Shown: in pieces, positions 8,750 through 20,300 of the stretch
Numbering within the stretch: the first letter of the stretch is position 1
Layout: each line of letters begins with the position of its first letter
Origin: Promethearchaeota archaeon
GTDB lineage: Archaea; Asgardarchaeota; Lokiarchaeia; Sigyniarchaeales; SOKP01
Assembly: GCA_030603385.1 (NCBI GenBank)
Contig: JAUVXW010000003.1
Span: 1-64,000 of the forward strand
Length of the DNA stretch: 64,000 nucleotides
Direction of reading: 5' to 3'
Made by a program: the position numbers and the translations under genes
The notes under the pieces: generated by a model
The model's input: only the letters and a program-made list of their open reading frames with translations
Database searches by the model: none
Told to the model about the DNA's origin: nothing

Positions 8750-9016
8750 ATGGAACGAAGATCATCAAATAGACCTATTGATTATTTAAAAGATTCAATA
8801 AATAAAGTAATTCTCATAAAAGTAAAGAGAAATCGTCTCTTTCGTGCTTTACTGAAATCTTTCGATGAACATTTAAATCTCTATATAGAAGACGCCCAAC
8901 AAATATTTGAGTACCAAGACGAGGAAGGTAACATTAGGGAGGAACATGAAGTGCTTGGAGACATTGTTATTCGTGGTGATAATATTATATTTATTAATCT
9001 TGCAAATCCGGAATAG
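8750..9016 (+). CDS. Sm/Lsm-like RNA-binding protein (SmAP)
   Basis: Sm1 (LKSFDEHLNLYIEDA) and Sm2 (GDIVIRGDNII) motifs; ATG 8750 preferred to TTG 8735. Confidence 0.92.
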   Translation: MERRSSNRPIDYLKDSINKVILIKVKRNRLFRALLKSFDEHLNLYIEDAQQIFEYQDEEGNIREEHEVLGDIVIRGDNIIFINLANPE

Positions 9017-9283
9017 GGAAGGATAAATCTGATTCTTAGTTTATAGCTTTCTGGAATTATCTAAAGCGTTTAGTATATTATAGCAATCTTTTTCACTAGA
9101 ATGACTTTTCATAATCACATACGATATGATCAAATCTTGGATAATAATTGTTCTATGTTAATCTAACTTAATAAATAATCTCAGAGAAATATACTTTTAA
9201 AGATTCAATATTTAGTTATTTATAGGTACATCAACTAATTTTTACTCAGAAAAAGAAAAATAATAAGAAAGAGTTCCGAAGAA

Positions 9284-11371
9284 TTGAATCCTGAAAATGG
9301 TAAAAAATCAAATCAATCAGTCATAGTTAACCCTAATTTAGGGCGTCCTATATTTTTAAATATAGATCGCAAACTGAAAAAGAAGGAATTTCAAACCGAG
9401 ATTCTTTTTATTAGTAATATAATGGATCCTAAGGAATTTAGTAAAGACATAAAGGGGAAAATAAAACTTGTTCCTGTATTAGATTACATGTGGAAATTTA
9501 GAGAAATTTTTGAGTTAAAAAAGAAAATATTTAAAGAAGATGAAACTGAAGGCTTTTGGGCAAGAAGGCGGAAAAAAAAAATTAAAAAAAGAAAACAAAG
9601 AATTATTGAGAAAGAAACGAAAAAAGATGAGAAATTTTATGATTTTAAGATAGATGACATTGATTATAAGTTAAAGAAACTAAGAGCTCATCCATATAGA
9701 GTAGATTCCCTTTCACTTTCAGCTATTGATATTAAAGAAGCCCCCACAATTCCTATTTCTAATATTTCTTATTTAGAAGGGTTAAGTCCACAGGATTATT
9801 TGTTAAAATATAGTATTTTTGGAAATCTTACTAAATTTTATAGGGTGTCTGTTAGATTCACAATCAGCAAAGAGGTAAAGAATTTCCTAAAAGACCGAAC
9901 TTTTGTTATGTTTGATTTAATCTTCTCAAAAGATAGAATAAATTATCATTCAATTGTTATTTCTAAAAAAGAATGGAAAAGTTTTATGTTTGTTCATGCC
10001 ACAGATTTACATTTAGCAGAAAGAAATGATAGAATTTATAGTATCGTTAAAAAATGGACTGAATCTTCCGTCATAAGAAGTGTGGATGATTTTTTTGATA
10101 CGGTTGCTAAAAAATTAAAGCTCAAGAAAAAAGATAAGCGAGAAAAAGTTTTATCAGAAATAAAAACTCCCTTAAGAAAACGCTTAATAAATCCAAATAA
10201 TCAATTCAGAAAATTTATTAAAATAATCAATAGAAAAGTATTTAGAAATGAGATTGATTTTATTGTCCTCACAGGAGATCTCGTTGATTATACAGTTCTA
10301 AGCCAATTAACAAAAAAGGTCCGTAAATTAAATGAATTTAAGTATGAAGAGAGTAATTGGAAAATATTTAAAGATATATTACTTAACTCCAAAAATCAAA
10401 AACATTATAAAGGTGTAATTAGAGGAGAAGAATTATTATGTCCTATTTTTACAACAGTTGGAAATCATGATTATCGGCCATATCATTATGATCTAACATG
10501 GGCTGAAATGTATAAAAAAATAGGATTAAACGCAGCAGAAGCTATTGCATTAAATCAACTTTTTTCTGCTTCTCCAATATCAGCATTAGTTAAATCTACA
10601 ATGGCGTTAAAAGGATATTTATCTGAAATAAATCCTTCCTTTAATTTTTTTTTATCCCTAGGAAATAATAATTTTATTTTTCTAAATACTGGTTCCGATT
10701 CTTTCAAAAATATTAGGGATTTAATTACTGGTCATCCTTCGGTAACTGGTCTTGTTGGCAAACAGATAAAATATTTAGAAAACCTCATAAACCATAAAGT
10801 ACAAGATAAGTCAAATGTATTTCTATTTTTACACGGTCCTCCAATAAATACTGGAGAAAAAAAATTAACTATTAAACTTTTTGAAAAGAAAGGTGGAAGA
10901 TTTGTCAAAGAAAAGATGGAGGACTTCAAAGAATCTATTTTGAAAAAATTAGGACAACCAAACTCTGCTGCGAGATTAGATAAAATCTTTAATGTAAAAT
11001 ATGGAACAGTTTCATCAAATTGGGAAAAACTTGTTAAATTCTGTAAAGATTATTGTACTCTTACATTTTCCGGACACACACATACACTAAGAGAGTTTAG
11101 ATTAGAGGATCCAGAGACAAAAACTAAAGTATACGATTCACCTCCTTTCAGCTTGAAAAAAATTGAAAATCCTGCCGCAGTTTACTACGATATTTATTCT
11201 GAACTCTACACTGATGCTGAGAGCATCGAAAAGCATGGGCCTTTTATTGTACAAACTCCTGCTTTAGGTTTAGGCGGATATAAAAATTTGGAAACGGCTG
11301 GAGCTTATAGGGTGATTACAATCAAAGATGGAAAAGTAGACTCTTTTAAAGTAAAATATATAAATCGATAA
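9284..11371 (+). CDS. Calcineurin-like metallophosphoesterase with long basic N-terminal extension
   Basis: DLH, GDLVD, GNHD, LH, GHTH motifs. Confidence 0.85.
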   Translation: MNPENGKKSNQSVIVNPNLGRPIFLNIDRKLKKKEFQTEILFISNIMDPKEFSKDIKGKIKLVPVLDYMWKFREIFELKKKIFKEDETEGFWARRRKKKIKKRKQRIIEKETKKDEKFYDFKIDDIDYKLKKLRAHPYRVDSLSLSAIDIKEAPTIPISNISYLEGLSPQDYLLKYSIFGNLTKFYRVSVRFTISKEVKNFLKDRTFVMFDLIFSKDRINYHSIVISKKEWKSFMFVHATDLHLAERNDRIYSIVKKWTESSVIRSVDDFFDTVAKKLKLKKKDKREKVLSEIKTPLRKRLINPNNQFRKFIKIINRKVFRNEIDFIVLTGDLVDYTVLSQLTKKVRKLNEFKYEESNWKIFKDILLNSKNQKHYKGVIRGEELLCPIFTTVGNHDYRPYHYDLTWAEMYKKIGLNAAEAIALNQLFSASPISALVKSTMALKGYLSEINPSFNFFLSLGNNNFIFLNTGSDSFKNIRDLITGHPSVTGLVGKQIKYLENLINHKVQDKSNVFLFLHGPPINTGEKKLTIKLFEKKGGRFVKEKMEDFKESILKKLGQPNSAARLDKIFNVKYGTVSSNWEKLVKFCKDYCTLTFSGHTHTLREFRLEDPETKTKVYDSPPFSLKKIENPAAVYYDIYSELYTDAESIEKHGPFIVQTPALGLGGYKNLETAGAYRVITIKDGKVDSFKVKYINR

Positions 11372-11381
11372 TTTTCTTTTA

Positions 11382-12737
11382 TTAAGTTTTTGCTTGTTTT
11401 ATGATTTTTGAGTAATACTTGCGAATTGTTTTGATTTGTTTAGAATTAAAAACATCCATTTTAAAATTTCTCAAAAAACTTCCGAATTTAGGAAATTGTT
11501 CAGGTTTGGTTTTTGTAAGAAAAGCACAATTGATTACAGTAAATAAAATACTCAGCTTTTCATTTAATGTAAATGAGTTTTTATTTACAAATTCCTCAAA
11601 TAAATCAGAAGTAATTAAGGCATTTTTAATCGGAACTTTGATACTGTCATCTTTTGGCTTATCGCTTTTAAACATAATGGGTTTTATTTCAATACTTTTT
11701 GAAATAATCTGGTCTATCTTATCTCTTGTATCACTAATATTTGTATTATTTTCAATCTGATCAGTGGGTAAAGAAACCTTATTTTCTGTCATTGTCAATT
11801 TTTCATCAACTATAGCTATATCATCTAACATAAATAATGTATCAGATGCCAAATCTGTATTTTCAAACAATTCTTTTAGTAGTGGAGAATGTTCTATACT
11901 CATATCTAATACATCTGCGATTATTCGTATCTTTCTATCCCGATTATCTTTATGATTTGCCACCATTGGGTAAGTTTTTAAACCGATTAAAGTTTCTATT
12001 TCTTCTGGGCTCATTACATTCCTCAAATCTTGTTTATTAGCAATACAGGCAGCTCGAGCATGAGGAACTTCTTCACTTATTAATTGAACAAAAAATTTAC
12101 TCTTTTCTACATTTTTTATTATGGAATCTGTAACTACAAGCACAGCATCGCTCTCTTTGATAAATCCCCCCCAAAGAAATTTAAATTGTTCTTGGCCAGC
12201 GAAATCAAATAACCGAAAAAAAAGGTTCCCAATTTTTATTGTAGCTATTTCACCAGTAATAGTAGGAACATGTTGAAGAGGAATTTCATCCATTTTTATT
12301 AATTTTTTTATAGTAGTTTTACCAACTCCAGCAAATCCTACAACCGCAATTTTAGGTTTTAAATTCTTATGCATTTCATCAAGCATCACGTTAATTCCAG
12401 TAAAGTTGATCTTACTCAATTCTTTTACCTTTAACTCATCCCCAATACGATTTAAGAACTGATCTTTAAAATTATCTAACTGCATTTTGATTAATCGATA
12501 AAAATCATCCATCAAATCTGTGACAAAGAGAAAAATTAAATTGTTTTCAATGTCAAAATTATACGCTATTCTGTATTTAATATAATCAAAATGCCCTGAT
12601 GTTCTACCAAGACTTTTCTTTGCTTCTGTTAGAATTTTAAAACTTAGATCCTCAATTTCAGAATCACGTAGAGCATTTCCATAATTCCTTTTATAAATTA
12701 TATCATTACCTTTAAGCACATATACTTGACGAAGCAT
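11382..12737 (-). CDS. Longin-like domain fused to Arf/Rag-like small GTPase, with C-terminal extension
   Basis: GFAGVGKT, PTIT, DFAGQ, NKQD; N-terminal region (about 120 aa) has a longin-type beta/alpha pattern. Confidence 0.82.
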   Translation of the reverse strand: MLRQVYVLKGNDIIYKRNYGNALRDSEIEDLSFKILTEAKKSLGRTSGHFDYIKYRIAYNFDIENNLIFLFVTDLMDDFYRLIKMQLDNFKDQFLNRIGDELKVKELSKINFTGINVMLDEMHKNLKPKIAVVGFAGVGKTTIKKLIKMDEIPLQHVPTITGEIATIKIGNLFFRLFDFAGQEQFKFLWGGFIKESDAVLVVTDSIIKNVEKSKFFVQLISEEVPHARAACIANKQDLRNVMSPEEIETLIGLKTYPMVANHKDNRDRKIRIIADVLDMSIEHSPLLKELFENTDLASDTLFMLDDIAIVDEKLTMTENKVSLPTDQIENNTNISDTRDKIDQIISKSIEIKPIMFKSDKPKDDSIKVPIKNALITSDLFEEFVNKNSFTLNEKLSILFTVINCAFLTKTKPEQFPKFGSFLRNFKMDVFNSKQIKTIRKYYSKIIKQAKT

Positions 12738-12931
12738 ACTATTTTAACTTATTATTGATCAATAGGAATTGTAAAAATCATGATTTATGAAAAACACATA
12801 CTTAGTAAAATAAGATATTTAAAAACAAGAATTTATTAACAGTGTATCGAACAAAATTAAAACTGAATTACTAACATCTTCTTTTTTCAATAAAACTCTA
12901 AGATTAAAGAAAATTCAAATTAAAAAGTTAT

Positions 12932-14413
12932 TTATTCATGAATAGGTCTTCCCTTTTTATGAATAGCTTTTCCAATCACGGCTTCACTTCCTTCAAGCAC
13001 CATCTCGGAGATAGTAGGATGGCTATGGATTGTTTCAGCAATATCACGGACCGTTAAACCATGTTTTATGGCGAGTGCGAGTTCTGCAATTAATTCAGAA
13101 GCTTCAATACCTATACAAGATGCTCCTATAATTTTTAATGTTTCTTTTTCTGCAATTGTCACTAGAAAACCTCTCTCTTCTCCCATACATTTTGCCTTTC
13201 CTAAGGATTTATATGGAAATTGCCCCATCAATACATCAATCCCACGATCTTTTGCTGCTTTCCTTCTTATTCCAACTGACCCAATATTGGGTGAAGTAAA
13301 AATAGTAGCAGGCACAACATTATAATCTGTTTTAGTTTCCTTAACAGGGAAACTTCCAATACTCGCTAATGCATTAGCAACAGCCACATCTGCCTCGTGA
13401 TATGCAATATGAGCCAGCATCAAACCTCCAGTAACATCTCCAATCGCATAGATTCCTTTAACAGATGTTTCTAAAGTGTTTACATTACATTTTATTGCTC
13501 CTCTGTCTGTTTCAATCCCTAAATCTTCCAATCCCAAATCCTTTGATTCTTTCATTCTACCAATTGAAACTAAGCATAAATCTGCTTCGAAAGTAAACTT
13601 TTCTGCATCTTCAATTTGATCTCTCGGAACTGAGGCAGAACAAGTTATTACCTTTACACTTGAACCTGTATTTTCTACAGATAAAACATTTTGAGAAGTC
13701 TTAACTACAATATTTAATTCATTGAATTTTTTAAGTAATTCTTTTACAATCATCGGTTCTTCGGTGGCAATAGGAGAAGCAAGGTATTCTAACATGGTAA
13801 CCTTACTACCAAAGGATGCAAATATATTAGCAAACTCACACCCAATTACTCCTGCTCCGATAATTAATAGTTTTTCTGGCACTGTTGTAAAGTTAGGGTC
13901 TAAGATATCATCACTTGTTAATATCTTTTCGTGGTCAATGTTAAAGGAAGGTATTAAAGCAGGAGAAGACCCCGTAGCTAGTATTACCCTCTTTGCTTTA
14001 ATCGTTTTTTTTTCTATTCCTTGGATCAAAATATCATATCCAGAATGAATATCTCCTCCAATTATTTTACCATGTCCATAATAAAGATCATTTTTCCACG
14101 CCTTTTCTAATGATTCTATACCCCCAACTAATTCTTCAACAACTCGATTTTTCCTTTCTACCGCTTTTTTAAAATTAAGACTATAATCCTTGATTTCTAT
14201 TCCTAATTCTTCAAAATCTTTCAATCTTTCAATTGAATGTACAGATGCATATAAAGCTTTAGTAGGTATACAACCGCGATTTAAACAAGTCCCTCCTAAT
14301 TTAGCTTTCTCAATTAAAGCAACTTTTGCACCATACTGAGCAGCTCTTATTGCTGCATGATATCCTCCTGGTCCCGCCCCAATAATAGCTAAATCATAAA
14401 GAAGATCAGACAT
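12932..14413 (-). CDS. lpdA: Dihydrolipoamide dehydrogenase
   Basis: GAGPGG, GGTCLNRGCIPTK redox disulfide, HPTISE. Confidence 0.95.
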   Translation of the reverse strand: MSDLLYDLAIIGAGPGGYHAAIRAAQYGAKVALIEKAKLGGTCLNRGCIPTKALYASVHSIERLKDFEELGIEIKDYSLNFKKAVERKNRVVEELVGGIESLEKAWKNDLYYGHGKIIGGDIHSGYDILIQGIEKKTIKAKRVILATGSSPALIPSFNIDHEKILTSDDILDPNFTTVPEKLLIIGAGVIGCEFANIFASFGSKVTMLEYLASPIATEEPMIVKELLKKFNELNIVVKTSQNVLSVENTGSSVKVITCSASVPRDQIEDAEKFTFEADLCLVSIGRMKESKDLGLEDLGIETDRGAIKCNVNTLETSVKGIYAIGDVTGGLMLAHIAYHEADVAVANALASIGSFPVKETKTDYNVVPATIFTSPNIGSVGIRRKAAKDRGIDVLMGQFPYKSLGKAKCMGEERGFLVTIAEKETLKIIGASCIGIEASELIAELALAIKHGLTVRDIAETIHSHPTISEMVLEGSEAVIGKAIHKKGRPIHE

Positions 14414-14642
14414 TTTTTCTATTAAACCTTTAATTAATTGAAATAAATATAATTTCGTGTTAAAAATGTAAATAATTCAATTAGTAATAAATTTAATCAC
14501 ATAAAGTTATAAATTAAATAAGCATAATCGAGAAAGACTATTAGATATTAGCAATTAAAACAGATAAAATAATAAAATCTTTTTCCATATTTATTATTAT
14601 TATTATTAATGACGATTAATCTTGACTTATTAAAAAGCTGGT

Positions 14643-16079
14643 GTGCCTTTTTTGTATATTAAAAATACTACTGGACTCTTTATAAAAGATTTGAACGAAG
14701 ACCAATTATATTTTAGAAAAATTACAATAAAAGCGCTTCAAAAGGCAATTAGCGCAGTTAAGCCTAAGAATTTAATTGAAAAATCGATTAAAGTCCAAAA
14801 TAATATTTTAATTATTCAGAATGATCAATATGACCTTAATGAGTATAATAAGATCTATATCATTGGAGGGGGTAAAGCAACTGCTGAAATGGCATTCTCA
14901 TTCGAAAGCATATTATCTAAGTTAAAAAATGTAGATTATAAGGGAATTATAAATGTACCTAAAGGTTCAGTGAAAGGTGGATTGATGGAAGGAAGTAGGA
15001 TCAAAATTAATTTTGCTTCACATCCCATTCCAGATGCAAATGGAGTTAATGGCACAAAACAGATGATGCGAATAATAGAGAAATCACAAAATAATGATTT
15101 GATTTTTTGTTTAATATCTGGGGGAGGATCAGCATTATTACCTTTACCGAAAAGAGGGATAAGTATAGAAGATTTGCAAGTGGTTAATGCTCTACTTTTG
15201 GCTTCTGGTGCTTCTATACATGAAATTAATATTATTCGAAAGCATCTATCGGATTTTAAAGGGGGTAATCTTGCTAAAAAATTATATAATGCAAGTAGAG
15301 CAACATTAATTTCTATAATTATTTCGGATGTTGTAGGAGATAAATTAGGCTCTATCGCATCTGGACCTTCTGTACCAGACACTACTACTTTTAATGATGC
15401 TATAGAAGTTTTAAAGAAATATGACATTTATGAAAAAATGCCAATGTCAGTTATAAACCATTTGGAAGAGGGATTGCTAGATGATAATAAAGAAACCCCT
15501 AAATTCAATGATGAGTGTTTCAATAATGTTCATAACTATATAGTAGGTATTGTTAAGACTGCTGTAGAAGAAGTCATCTCCTTCTTGGATATACAAGGAT
15601 TCGTTGCATTTTATTTTTCTAACGAAATAGTTGGTGAAGCAGAAAAATTTGGAAAATCGTTGTATAATATAATTTCTCAAAAATTTAAGGAAACATCTAA
15701 AAAAAATACTTTTGGTAAATTTGCTCTTATCGGTACAGGGGAATTAACTGTAACTATTAAAGGTAAAGGTATTGGGGGTAGGAATCAAGAAATGCTGTTA
15801 AGTTTTTTAGACTTTATAAAAGAAAGAGAGATACCTTATGAATTTTTGATTATGGGTGCGAATCTTGATGGCATTGAAGGAAATAGCGAAGCAATGGGCG
15901 CTTTAATAGACAACTATGTGTTATATCAAATAAATAAAAAAGAAATTGATCTAAGGAACTATCTAGAAAATAATGATTCAAATAGTTTTTTTAAATTAGT
16001 TGAAACCGAAATAATAACTGGTCCAACGGGATGCAATGTAAACGATTTAATTATAATTTTACTACAATTTAAAAAATAA
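14643..16079 (+). CDS. Glycerate 2-kinase (MOFRL family)
   Basis: GGGKA, SHPIPD, LISGGGSAL, IASGP, GGRNQE, TGPTGCNVND. Confidence 0.92.
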   Translation: MPFLYIKNTTGLFIKDLNEDQLYFRKITIKALQKAISAVKPKNLIEKSIKVQNNILIIQNDQYDLNEYNKIYIIGGGKATAEMAFSFESILSKLKNVDYKGIINVPKGSVKGGLMEGSRIKINFASHPIPDANGVNGTKQMMRIIEKSQNNDLIFCLISGGGSALLPLPKRGISIEDLQVVNALLLASGASIHEINIIRKHLSDFKGGNLAKKLYNASRATLISIIISDVVGDKLGSIASGPSVPDTTTFNDAIEVLKKYDIYEKMPMSVINHLEEGLLDDNKETPKFNDECFNNVHNYIVGIVKTAVEEVISFLDIQGFVAFYFSNEIVGEAEKFGKSLYNIISQKFKETSKKNTFGKFALIGTGELTVTIKGKGIGGRNQEMLLSFLDFIKEREIPYEFLIMGANLDGIEGNSEAMGALIDNYVLYQINKKEIDLRNYLENNDSNSFFKLVETEIITGPTGCNVNDLIIILLQFKK

Positions 16080-16360
16080 TGATATACTTTACACAAAAAT
16101 GTTAAAAAATGTGTCCAAAATGTGGTCATAAATTTATTGAATCTGATTTTATTACTAAGAAATCAAATTGAAATGGTAAAAAATACTCAAATTTCTATGT
16201 AAATATAACTTACTGAATTTTGGTTTGAATCCAATTTCTTAAGTATGAAAAATTTTTTAAAGAGTGCAGTAGATTTTATTTTATCGGGTTAACTTTTATT
16301 AACTCTTAAATAAATTTTCAATCTATTATAATAAAAAAAATTAAAAACTGGTAAGTAATA

Positions 16361-18499
16361 ATGGCAAAAAAAACTAAGAAAAAGAAACCAACGAGAATGG
16401 GATGGGATGAAACTGAAGCAGGGGAAGAATTAGTAGCAGATGCACTCAAAAGAACAGATATGGATAAAGGAAAAGTAAAACTGGTTGATAGAGATACTGC
16501 AACACCAGTCATTGAGACATATGATGAAGACACGGGAAAACTTGAAGGTAGTATTTTATTGAAAGATAGAAATCGAGAAGGCTTATTAACATTAGTAAAG
16601 ATCATTGAGGATGTCGAAGTAAAACAAGATCACGATGCTAATGTTGAATCTTATAGTTTTAGTGGAAAAATTAGTATAGAAAATCCAAGTAAAACGGATC
16701 GACTTTGGGACATAGATCTTTCTTTAGCTAATATCGGTAGTACGAATTTGAAATCGAAGGATATATCAATAAGAGAATTAGGTACTGAGTATCCAGATAA
16801 TGTTGAAACAAGGGAATTTGAACTAAAAAAGGATGTAGAAAATCTCTTTTTAGTTAAAGAGTTTATCAATACTCTTACCGAAGCTGACGAGGTTTTAAAT
16901 ATCAATGATATTGAAAGAGAAATGTTAAAACCTAAAGATAAAGCCAGTAAAGTAAGTAAAAAAGTTGTAGCAACAATACCACCAACCGCAGAAGATGATG
17001 AAGAGGAAGAGGATGAAGAAGGAGAAACATGGGAAGATGGTGGAACTGCTGTTGAAACAGGTTTGGAGACATTTGGAATTTCCATTGATAAAGAGAATAC
17101 CATAACCTTCGCAATAGCGCTAAGGAATATGTTTGATAAACCTGTTTCTGATATTGAAGTAATTAAAACTATACCGGAAGATTTTAAAAACCCTGTAGTG
17201 AGAGATACAACGGAAGGACGAGCAGAAATCCAAGGAGATAAAATAATTTGGAAAATTGATAAATTAAGACCAGAATATACTGTTTTACTTAAATTTACAT
17301 GCAATATTATGGTAAATGACATCGCTAGAAGAAAAACTGGTGCTATTGATGTTTCCTATAAGGCTGCTTCTTCATTTGCCGAAGGTTTAGCTATAGATAA
17401 ATTTGATGCATACACTCGAAACAAATTTTTTATTGATACTCTTGAGAGAGATGAAGAACCAAATATCTGGGATAATAAATTAATCTTTGATAACTCTTCT
17501 GAATTCATTATTCAACTTTTCAATGCTGATGTATATTCTCCGGATGACGAGAATACAAAATTTGTTGATATTGATCCTAATGATGTGCCAATGTTACCTT
17601 CAGGAGCTCAATGGCATTCAGTTAAGTGGCAATATGAAAGTGAAGATTATCCAACATTCAGAAAGAAACTTGAATTTAGAGTCGTTCCTGACTATCAATA
17701 TCACGTCAATGTTGTAGTTTCAATCTCAGATGTTATATTAGAAATAGCTAGTATAACTGGAGATATGGCCTATGATAAGGTTGAAACGCCAACTTACAAA
17801 ACTCAAGATGTTACTACTACTCTTAAAATGGCAAATAATGGTTCTGCTCCATTGAACGAAATTACTGTTATTCAACAATCTTTCACTGATGAATACCAAC
17901 CACCTAAAGCAAATGAAATTAAACTAATATGGGATGGAGATGAAGTGGAACTTTCTGCTGATGCAGTTAGTTTTGAAACGGGTGTATTTACTCTTTCACT
18001 ATCAAATCTTAAAGATACTAGTACAGGTATGTTTAAACCAGACTCAAGCTTAGAATTCCAATATCCAATTCACTGTGTAAAACCTGCTCGAGATTCAAAA
18101 TTTGAATCAGAAATCATCTTTCACTCAAACACATTTCCAGTAAGTCAGGAATTAGAATTTGTACCTGAAGTTCCTATTATTGAAGCACTTCATATCAGAA
18201 GGAAATTCCGTACAAGTAAAGAAGTTGTCCCTATTGGAGATCTTGGCAATTACAGAATTATCTTAACTCTTGAAAATATTGGTGAATCAAAGTTATATAA
18301 TCTTCTAATTCTAGATAAGGTTCCTGACCAATTTGAGTATTCCCAATACTCTATGACACCAGAAATCACCGATGAGGTAGGTGCAGACACCTTAAAATGG
18401 GCGATTGACGAACTGGAAGTTGGAGACAAATTAGAAATAACTTACGAGATTACGGGAACGGGTAAATATTCCCCAAGTGAAGCACAATTAGCACTTTAA
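16361..18499 (+). CDS. Acidic beta-sandwich protein with mu-homology-domain-like / DUF11-like regions
   Basis: Long real ORF. Segments KIIEDVEVKQDHDANVESYSFSGKISI, DIEVIKTIPEDF..TTEG..IIWKIDKL and IDVSYKAASSFAEGLAI resemble adaptin mu / delta-COP MHD strands (by eye). Confidence 0.55.
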   Translation: MAKKTKKKKPTRMGWDETEAGEELVADALKRTDMDKGKVKLVDRDTATPVIETYDEDTGKLEGSILLKDRNREGLLTLVKIIEDVEVKQDHDANVESYSFSGKISIENPSKTDRLWDIDLSLANIGSTNLKSKDISIRELGTEYPDNVETREFELKKDVENLFLVKEFINTLTEADEVLNINDIEREMLKPKDKASKVSKKVVATIPPTAEDDEEEEDEEGETWEDGGTAVETGLETFGISIDKENTITFAIALRNMFDKPVSDIEVIKTIPEDFKNPVVRDTTEGRAEIQGDKIIWKIDKLRPEYTVLLKFTCNIMVNDIARRKTGAIDVSYKAASSFAEGLAIDKFDAYTRNKFFIDTLERDEEPNIWDNKLIFDNSSEFIIQLFNADVYSPDDENTKFVDIDPNDVPMLPSGAQWHSVKWQYESEDYPTFRKKLEFRVVPDYQYHVNVVVSISDVILEIASITGDMAYDKVETPTYKTQDVTTTLKMANNGSAPLNEITVIQQSFTDEYQPPKANEIKLIWDGDEVELSADAVSFETGVFTLSLSNLKDTSTGMFKPDSSLEFQYPIHCVKPARDSKFESEIIFHSNTFPVSQELEFVPEVPIIEALHIRRKFRTSKEVVPIGDLGNYRIILTLENIGESKLYNLLILDKVPDQFEYSQYSMTPEITDEVGADTLKWAIDELEVGDKLEITYEITGTGKYSPSEAQLAL

Positions 18500-18647
18500 A
18501 AATTTAATAATATTTTTTATTTTTTTTTAATTTCTATATTACAATAATAGTTTAATAATTCTCAAGATAATTATTAAATGAATAAACAGAAAAATTTAAT
18601 TTAGATATCATAAAAATTTCTATAATCTAAAGGAATCTTTTCAGATC

Positions 18648-20300
18648 ATGATTAGAAAGCGCTATAAACTTATTGATATGTTTGAATGTCCGGACGCAGT
18701 TTTAACATGTTCAATTTTAAGATGCCATGATAATAGCTTCTTAGTTTTTGGTGGACACGATAAAACACTCTATTTAATGGATGAGAAAATGAATATACTT
18801 GATGATAGAGTTTTTGATGGATGGTGTCGATGTAGTTATCCAATTGATCTCGATGGGGATGGATGTGATGAAGTTTTAGTCGGTGCTGGTGATGGAAATT
18901 TCATGGTTTTAAAATTGAGTCCAGAAAAGAAAAAATTAGTTGGAATAATGCGATATAGATCTCCAAAGAAAATAAATTGTTGTATCGCGGGAGATTTTAC
19001 TCGAAATGGGAATATAGAATTAATATTTGGTAGTGAAGACAAAACTCTCAAGATTTTTGATAGTATTGAGGCTAAAGAACCAAAATTCATTTTATATTAC
19101 GACTCTTGGGTGACTGCTTGTACCTTAGGGATCTTAAAAATACCTGATGAAAAAGTCCCAATTTATGGATTATTAGTCGGTACGAAAAATGGAATTGTTC
19201 AGTTAGTTAGTTTCAAAGATGAGCTTCCTGATATCATCTGGCAAAAGGATTTTAAAGCGCAAGTCAATGACATTAAAGTTGGCGATGTCACAAATGATGG
19301 ATTCAATGAAATTTTATTAAGCTCTGATGACTCAACAATAAAAATTCTTGATAGTAATGGAGAAATCATTAAAGAAATTCAGATTGATGAGGGTCGTCCT
19401 TTATCATTGCTAATAGAAGATATTGATGGTGATAATGCTAGTGAGATCGTGGCTGGATGTGCAGATGGATCCTTAAAAGTATTCCATAATCCTTCTATTG
19501 GTTCTACTGATTTTGAGTTGAAATGGAAAACAAAAGTATCCACTTCAATTAAACATATTTGTTATCGATTAGATCCAGAGCAAAAGAAAAATATAGTCTT
19601 CGGAGGATATGATCGCAAGATTAGAATTGTCAGTGATTTTGAATGGGGAGATAAACAACCTCTTGATATCCCTCAACAAATCAAGATAGAAATGATAGAA
19701 CATACTGAAAAAGAAAGAATAATTGATGAGATAACCAATGCTCAGGAAGTACCAACCAACATAAGAGAACATATCTTCGAGATTCTACTAAAAAAGGGAC
19801 ATTTGAAAGATCTAGCAGCGGAATTAAGAAATTTAGACTATACAGAAGACGAAATATTGGAAGAATTGGCAGTACTTAAAACACAAAAATCTGTAGTATA
19901 TGAAAAAGTAGTTTACCCTGTATGGAGTTTACCAGAAGAAGAAAGAGAGGAAAAAGTTGAAGAAGAAGCACCAGTTGAGGAACCTAAAGTTGCTTTAAAA
20001 CATATGGTTATAGAAGAACCTATTAAGACAGATAAAGAAAAATTAAGTGCTGTTCTATCTACTGTTAAAAAAGAAAAAGCCCCTAAAGAAAAAGTAAGTG
20101 CCGGAGATTCATTGAATAAAATAATCCTTGAATTCCTTAAACAAAAGGAAATTGTAACTACGAAAGCGGAATTCGTGAATGCTATAAAAGAAAAAGGCTT
20201 TACTACTAATCAAATTGAAAAAGAAATAAATATATTAAAGGAACAAGGTAAGATAAATTATTCTCGTGCAAAACCAAAGGGTTGGAGCCTTGCTGATTAA
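18648..20300 (+). CDS. FG-GAP/WD-type beta-propeller protein with C-terminal winged helix
   Basis: Repeats DLDGDGCDEVLVG, DFTRNGNIELIFG, DVTNDGFNEILL, DIDGDNASEIVAG; C-terminal wHTH-like segment ending KPKGWSL. Confidence 0.75.
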   Translation: MIRKRYKLIDMFECPDAVLTCSILRCHDNSFLVFGGHDKTLYLMDEKMNILDDRVFDGWCRCSYPIDLDGDGCDEVLVGAGDGNFMVLKLSPEKKKLVGIMRYRSPKKINCCIAGDFTRNGNIELIFGSEDKTLKIFDSIEAKEPKFILYYDSWVTACTLGILKIPDEKVPIYGLLVGTKNGIVQLVSFKDELPDIIWQKDFKAQVNDIKVGDVTNDGFNEILLSSDDSTIKILDSNGEIIKEIQIDEGRPLSLLIEDIDGDNASEIVAGCADGSLKVFHNPSIGSTDFELKWKTKVSTSIKHICYRLDPEQKKNIVFGGYDRKIRIVSDFEWGDKQPLDIPQQIKIEMIEHTEKERIIDEITNAQEVPTNIREHIFEILLKKGHLKDLAAELRNLDYTEDEILEELAVLKTQKSVVYEKVVYPVWSLPEEEREEKVEEEAPVEEPKVALKHMVIEEPIKTDKEKLSAVLSTVKKEKAPKEKVSAGDSLNKIILEFLKQKEIVTTKAEFVNAIKEKGFTTNQIEKEINILKEQGKINYSRAKPKGWSLAD

